A stretch of DNA of 64,000 nt, taken from NCBI GenBank assembly GCA_949297305.1, contig CASFSG010000025.1:12574-76573 (forward strand), given 5' to 3'. The position numbers and the translations under genes were made by a program. This document shows positions 59,309-64,000 of this stretch, in pieces (within the stretch, counting starts at the first letter, position 1; every line of letters begins with the position of its first letter). Under the pieces are notes generated by a model that saw only the letters and a list, made by a program, of their open reading frames with translations, searched no databases and was not told the origin of the DNA. This DNA is from an uncultured bacterium. Its GTDB lineage: Bacteria; Bacillota_I; Bacilli_A; RFN20; CAG-826.

Positions 59309-59851
59309 TTAAGACGACCTTAGGACAATATAATTTTTAATTTTTTCAAAGGTTGCATTGCCGATACCTGAGACATTTTTAATGTCTTCAATTCGTCCAA
59401 ATTGACCGTTTTCATCGCGATAAGAGATAATCGATGTGGCAATAGCATTTCCGACGCCATTAATTTCCATCAATTCATCTTCGCTTGCCTCGTTGATGTT
59501 AACTTTCGCAATCGGTTCATATTCGCACACATCATTCATGTCATATTTAGGGGCGATATAAAACGATAAACCATCTTGCAAAACATAACTCGTATCATAA
59601 GCGAGTTCATCGGCATTACTTGTAACGCCGCTAGCAAGCTCAATAAGCATTTCTAAAGTAGAATTCGGATCGAGAACATAGGTCCCAGCCCGAGTTATTT
59701 CACCGGAAATAGAAACGCTCAACGATGTTAATGATGCGGTATTCTCACTGACAATATTGCCGACAACATTTCCAAAATTAGGATCAACAAATTGGAAGAC
59801 AACAATCAAGACAACAACGCTAACCAAGACTCCAATAAATACTTTGACCAT
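59309..59851 (-). CDS. comEA: competence protein ComEA (DNA receptor)
   Basis: N-terminal TM anchor, an SLBB-like region and C-terminal tandem helix-hairpin-helix INEASEDELMEINGVGNAIA...IKNVSGIGNATFEKIK. Confidence 0.85.
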   Translation of the reverse strand: MVKVFIGVLVSVVVLIVVFQFVDPNFGNVVGNIVSENTASLTSLSVSISGEITRAGTYVLDPNSTLEMLIELASGVTSNADELAYDTSYVLQDGLSFYIAPKYDMNDVCEYEPIAKVNINEASEDELMEINGVGNAIATSIISYRDENGQFGRIEDIKNVSGIGNATFEKIKNYIVLRSS

Positions 59852-59908
59852 TCTATTTTCACCTCCGCTATTTTATTAGGGCGAAAAAAGTTTTTTGGTC
59901 CGTAAAAA

Positions 59909-62455
59909 TTAATTATTTATTAAAGATGCAAGCGATTTTAAATAATTTTCATATTTTTCTTTTTCGTTTTGGACTTTTTCTTTTGGTGCTTTAGCAAGAA
60001 AATTAGGATTATTTAAAATAGCTTTTGAACGTTCAATTTCTTTCTTTAAGCGAGCGATTTCCTTTTCTTTTTCCTCCTTATTCTCTTCTACTTCCAAATA
60101 TAAGGTATAATTGCCGAAAGGATATTTTTGATATTTACCATCTTTAGAAGTAAATATAAACTCAACTTTTTTAGCAAATGTAAAACGCTTTAAATAAGAG
60201 GCAAATTCGCTAAAAAGGGTTTTTTTGCTTTCAATTAATAAAGAAATATTCGCGTTAGGGGCAATCTTGTTTTCAGTTTTATAACTACGAACAGCGCTTA
60301 TAAAATTATACAAAACATCAACTTGTTCTAAATCTTCACCTTTGATATCAACTTCAAAAATTGTCGGATAAGTTTCTTCCATGATAGATTTGCGATGTGA
60401 TGGTAGATTTTGGTAGAGCTCTTCGCTGATAAATGGTGCGTAAGGATAAATTAAAAGAATGATATTCTTAAGCAAATAAAGCAAAAGGCCTTTGACGCTA
60501 TTTTGATAATTAATATCATCATCTTTAAGACTAACTTTGCTCATTTCAATATAATTACCGCAAAATTCATCGTAAACGAAATTGTACAAAATCGCCATCG
60601 CTTGAGAAAATTCATATTCATCCATAAAATTCTTAATCTTCTTTAAAGCGATGTTATATTTATTTAAAATATCAAAATCAATTGGTTTTAAAAGTTTTTT
60701 ATCAATTTGGTAATTGTTATCATCGCTCAAAGATAAAACATAGCGAGCGCTATTCCATATTTTATTTAAAAAAGAGCGGTATGACGCTAATTTATCTTCA
60801 TTATAACGAATATCTTGTCCAGGCGCGGAACCGCTAACTAAAAAAATTCTTAAAGCGTCGATGCCATATTTTTCAATTACCTCAATCGGATCAACTCCGT
60901 TTCCCGCACTCTTCGACATTTTTTTGCCAAATTTATCACGAATTAAGCCGTGAATTAAACAGTCTTTAAACGGCGATTCTTTCGTTAATTCAAGACCTTG
61001 GAAAATCATTCTAGAAACCCAAAAAAAGATAATATCATAACCGGTTACCAAACAAGAAGTCGGATAATAACGTTGATAATCATCACTTTTAGTTGGCCAA
61101 CCAAGTGTTGAAAATGGCCACAAAGCACTTGAAAACCAAGTATCGAGAACATCGTCGTCTTGTTTATATCCTTTGCTAGTCAAATCATCTTCTGAAACAT
61201 AGACATTGCCTTTATCATCATAATACGCCGGGATTCGATGACCCCACCATAATTGTCGCGAAATGCACCAATCATCAGCGTTTTCCATCCATCTTTTGAA
61301 AGTTTCATAATAACGCGAGGGATAAAATTGCACAGTGCTTTTTTCTAATGCTTGTTGAGCTAATGGTTTAATTTTGACAAACCATTGTTTCATCACCATT
61401 GGTTCAACAATCGCGTCTGATCTTTCACTATGACCGACTTGATGAACAATTTCTTCAATTTTGACTAAATTTCCTTCGTTTTGAATTCTTTCAACTAATT
61501 TTTGACGACATTCATAGCGATCTAAACCAACAAACTCCCCAGCATTAGCCATCATCCTAGCATCAAAATCTAAACAACGAGTAATCGGTAAATTGTATTT
61601 TTTTGCTAAATTAAAGTCATTAGGGTCATGCGCCGGGGTGCATTTCATAGCTCCTGATGCAAATTCTTTATCGACATAATTATCAGCGAGAATCTTTAAA
61701 GGTTGATGATTAGCAGGATTGATTACTAATTCACCAATTAAATGTTGGTATCTTTCGTCGGTAGGATTAACAAAAATTGCTTCATCGCCAAACATCGTTT
61801 CAGGTCGCGTCGTTCCAACAATTAAAGTTTCATCTTTTCCGATAACCTGATAACGGAAATAGTACATTTTTCCTTTATCTTCCTTATAGATAACCTCGAT
61901 GTTACTTAAGGCAGTATGTAAAACTGGATCATAATTGATAATCCTTTCACCTCGATAGATTAAACCTTTGTTGTAATAAGAAACAAAAACCTTCTTAACA
62001 GCTTTTGATAAACCTTCATCGAGAGTAAATCTTTCGCGAGTATAATCAACAGAAATGCCGATTTTTTCAAATTGGTGATGAATAATATTCGAATATTCAT
62101 CTTTCCATTCCCAAATTTTATTTACTAAACCTTCGCGTCCTAAATCATATCGTGTAACGCCTTCTTTAAGTAAAATACCCTCGACTTTCGCTTGTGTAGC
62201 AATTCCAGCGTGATCGGTTCCAGGTAAATATAATACATCGTATCCAAGCATTCTTTTATAGCGAGCAATAATATCTTGAAGAGTTTCATCCCAAGCGTGG
62301 CCTAAATGCAATTTACCAGTAACATTAGGCGGCGGAATAACCATTGAAAAAGCTGGTTTGGTTTTATCTATGCCTGCCAAAAAATAATCATTATTTTTCC
62401 AAAAATCGTATTTGCCTTTTTCGACTTCTTGATGAAGGAAATTTTTGTCTAACAT
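59909..62455 (-). CDS. valS: valine--tRNA ligase
   Basis: PPPNVTGKLHLGH (HIGH), KMSKS, an editing-domain insert and a C-terminal coiled coil. Confidence 0.95.
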   Translation of the reverse strand: MLDKNFLHQEVEKGKYDFWKNNDYFLAGIDKTKPAFSMVIPPPNVTGKLHLGHAWDETLQDIIARYKRMLGYDVLYLPGTDHAGIATQAKVEGILLKEGVTRYDLGREGLVNKIWEWKDEYSNIIHHQFEKIGISVDYTRERFTLDEGLSKAVKKVFVSYYNKGLIYRGERIINYDPVLHTALSNIEVIYKEDKGKMYYFRYQVIGKDETLIVGTTRPETMFGDEAIFVNPTDERYQHLIGELVINPANHQPLKILADNYVDKEFASGAMKCTPAHDPNDFNLAKKYNLPITRCLDFDARMMANAGEFVGLDRYECRQKLVERIQNEGNLVKIEEIVHQVGHSERSDAIVEPMVMKQWFVKIKPLAQQALEKSTVQFYPSRYYETFKRWMENADDWCISRQLWWGHRIPAYYDDKGNVYVSEDDLTSKGYKQDDDVLDTWFSSALWPFSTLGWPTKSDDYQRYYPTSCLVTGYDIIFFWVSRMIFQGLELTKESPFKDCLIHGLIRDKFGKKMSKSAGNGVDPIEVIEKYGIDALRIFLVSGSAPGQDIRYNEDKLASYRSFLNKIWNSARYVLSLSDDNNYQIDKKLLKPIDFDILNKYNIALKKIKNFMDEYEFSQAMAILYNFVYDEFCGNYIEMSKVSLKDDDINYQNSVKGLLLYLLKNIILLIYPYAPFISEELYQNLPSHRKSIMEETYPTIFEVDIKGEDLEQVDVLYNFISAVRSYKTENKIAPNANISLLIESKKTLFSEFASYLKRFTFAKKVEFIFTSKDGKYQKYPFGNYTLYLEVEENKEEKEKEIARLKKEIERSKAILNNPNFLAKAPKEKVQNEKEKYENYLKSLASLINN

Positions 62456-62459
62456 TTTC

Positions 62460-62690
62460 TTCTCCTAAAAAAATAAAAGCCGCGTTTAAGGACGTATTTC
62501 ACGCGGTACCACCTTAATTCATATCGAATAATCAATATGCTCTTATAACGCTATAAAGGGCGAACCCATCTATCCTCTAAAAGCGACCATAATCAGCTTG
62601 CCTATCTAGCTTCCACCATCCTAGATTCTCTAAAAGGTAGTCCTAATTAACTTCTTTTTTCCTCGGACATCAATATCTTATATTTTAGCG
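62460..62690 (-). promoter_or_regulatory. T-box riboswitch leader of valS with intrinsic terminator
   Basis: The minus strand contains AGAGA and GAUGGUGGAAGC stem-I elements, the T-box sequence AAGGTGGTACCGCGTG (plus 62500-62515), and a CCGCGU/ACGCGG terminator helix followed by CTTTTATTTTTTT (about 62466-62507). The candidate Val specifier GUC in AUGGUCGC is a low-confidence assignment. Confidence 0.85.
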
Positions 62691-62703
62691 ATGATAAAAT
62701 CAA

Positions 62704-63285
62704 TCATTGCGCAAGAAAATTAGAAATTTTTTCTTTTAAAATGTCAATCCCCGTTTTATTTAAAGAAGAAACAAAAAGGATATCTTTACTTAAATAATTG
62801 TTTTTTAAATAATTGACTGCTTTAGCTTTTAAACTTTGATTCAATTTGTCGGCCTTTGTTAAAACGAGCAAATAATTAATCTTTAATTCATCGAAATAAT
62901 TTAAAAGCATCGTGTCATCTTCATTTAAAATTCTTCGACTATCAAATAGAAAAACTACCAAAGCTAAATAAGGGTTTTTTAAATAATTTTCCATCATTTT
63001 TCCATAAGATAAAATCTCATTGTTTTTCCGACGAGCATAACCATAGCCAGGACTATCGACTAAATAAAATTGGTTGTCGATTAAATAATAGTTCAACAAT
63101 CGAGTATGACCGGGCGTAGAAGAAACATAAGCCATCCGTTTATGGTTGCATAAAGCATTAATTAAAGAAGATTTACCAACATTACTTCGACCAACAAAAA
63201 GAACTTCCTTTAGACGAGCAAAATTAATTTGCCCGTCATAGGAAGATGTTACAAATTTAATATTATTAAAATTGATATTAATCAT
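62704..63285 (-). CDS. engB: ribosome biogenesis GTP-binding protein EngB/YsxC
   Basis: GRSNVGKSSLINAL (G1), DSPGYGYA (G3) and TKADK (G4). Position downstream of lon matches Bacillus. Confidence 0.9.
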   Translation of the reverse strand: MININFNNIKFVTSSYDGQINFARLKEVLFVGRSNVGKSSLINALCNHKRMAYVSSTPGHTRLLNYYLIDNQFYLVDSPGYGYARRKNNEILSYGKMMENYLKNPYLALVVFLFDSRRILNEDDTMLLNYFDELKINYLLVLTKADKLNQSLKAKAVNYLKNNYLSKDILFVSSLNKTGIDILKEKISNFLAQ

Positions 63286-64000
63286 TGACGAATCGCTACT
63301 TTAACTGCATCATCAACATTATCCATAAAGACAATTTTTAATGAAGACTTAACTTCTTCAGGAAGTTCATCAACATTCTTTTTATTATCGCGAGGAACGA
63401 TTATTGTCTTGATGCCACTACGAAGAGCGGCTAAAGATTTTTCCCTTAATCCGCCGATAGGAAGAGCGTGACCACGCAAAGTAACTTCGCCAGTCATCGC
63501 AACATTATTATCAACGCTCTTATGCGTCAAACAAGAAATGATTGCGGTCGTAATAGCTACTCCGGCACTAGGACCATCTTTAGGAACAGCCCCTTCAGGA
63601 ACATGAATATGGATATCATTTTTTTCAAATATTTGACTATCTATATGATATTTATCGGCGTTCGCCCGAATATAATCTAAAGCAATTGAAGCGCTTTCTT
63701 TCATGACATCGCCCAATTTACCAGTCAAAATCAATTGACCTTTTCCAGGGAAATAATTAACTTCAATTGGCAAGATATCACCACCATATTCAGTATACGC
63801 TAAACCTGTAACAACGCCTACTTGATCATTAACTTCCTTTTTCGAATTTTCAAAAATGGCAATGCCGAGATATTTTTCGATATCGTTAGCGCTAACAACT
63901 ATATTTTTAACGTCTTTATTCGTTAAAATTTCAACACAAATTTTACGCATCACACTCGCTAATTTGCGCTCTAATTCACGAACCCCTGCTTCGCGAGTAT
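63282..64000 (-). CDS. lon: ATP-dependent Lon protease, C-terminal part (5' end outside the window)
   Basis: The frame stays open to the window edge (...YTREAGVRELERKLASVMRKICVE). The proteolytic domain has the catalytic Ser in PKDGPSAGVA and Lys in GGLREKSLAA. Confidence 0.9.
   Translation of the reverse strand, partial: TREAGVRELERKLASVMRKICVEILTNKDVKNIVVSANDIEKYLGIAIFENSKKEVNDQVGVVTGLAYTEYGGDILPIEVNYFPGKGQLILTGKLGDVMKESASIALDYIRANADKYHIDSQIFEKNDIHIHVPEGAVPKDGPSAGVAITTAIISCLTHKSVDNNVAMTGEVTLRGHALPIGGLREKSLAALRSGIKTIIVPRDNKKNVDELPEEVKSSLKIVFMDNVDDAVKVAIRQ

Overview
The window is AT-rich and uses the standard genetic code: conserved proteins translate full length with UGA as stop. About 60 genes are tightly packed, and almost all genes between 6.2 and 52.5 kb lie on the minus strand. 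The backbone matches the Bacillus-type 'yqe/yqf' housekeeping neighbourhoods: rsfS-nadD/yqeK-yqeH-yqeG, parE-parC, plsY, efp, ispG, nfo, cshB-like, ispH, nif3-trmK-sigA-dnaG-glyQS-recO-era-cdd-ybeY, rpsU, mtaB-rsmE-dnaJ-dnaK-grpE-hrcA-hemW-lepA, fmt, rpsT, holA-comEC-comEA, valS, engB-lon. The mix of lipoprotein signals, an unusual EF-P loop, standard-code usage and no visible cell-wall genes suggests an Acholeplasma-like Mollicute or a closely related low-GC Firmicute. That placement is inference, not a search result. I found no rRNA, tRNA, CRISPR array, transposase or integrase. RNA and regulatory elements I can support are a valS T-box leader, two CIRCE operators around a consensus hrcA promoter, a consensus glyQS promoter and two intrinsic terminators. 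One gene missing from the ORF track is rpmG (L33) at 20291..20461. The most unusual locus is a three-gene island at 15.1-18.4 kb between plsY and yneF/efp, flanked by long AT-rich spacers. It encodes a 740-aa protein with two separate Cys/His papain-fold-like modules, followed by two paralogous small lipoproteins. Single in-frame stop codons cut the export signals off the first two genes, while the long bodies stay open. Other lineage-specific insertions into the conserved backbone are an orphan C39 peptidase-TMD protein with no ABC ATPase, a Fic-like protein with a degenerate active site, a PD-(D/E)xK nuclease fused to an Fe-S XPD/DinG helicase and coupled to fmt, a cation/proton antiporter coupled to a PII-like protein, and an orphan gene embedded in rsmE-mtaB. 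All family assignments come from motif recognition by eye. No database search was run.
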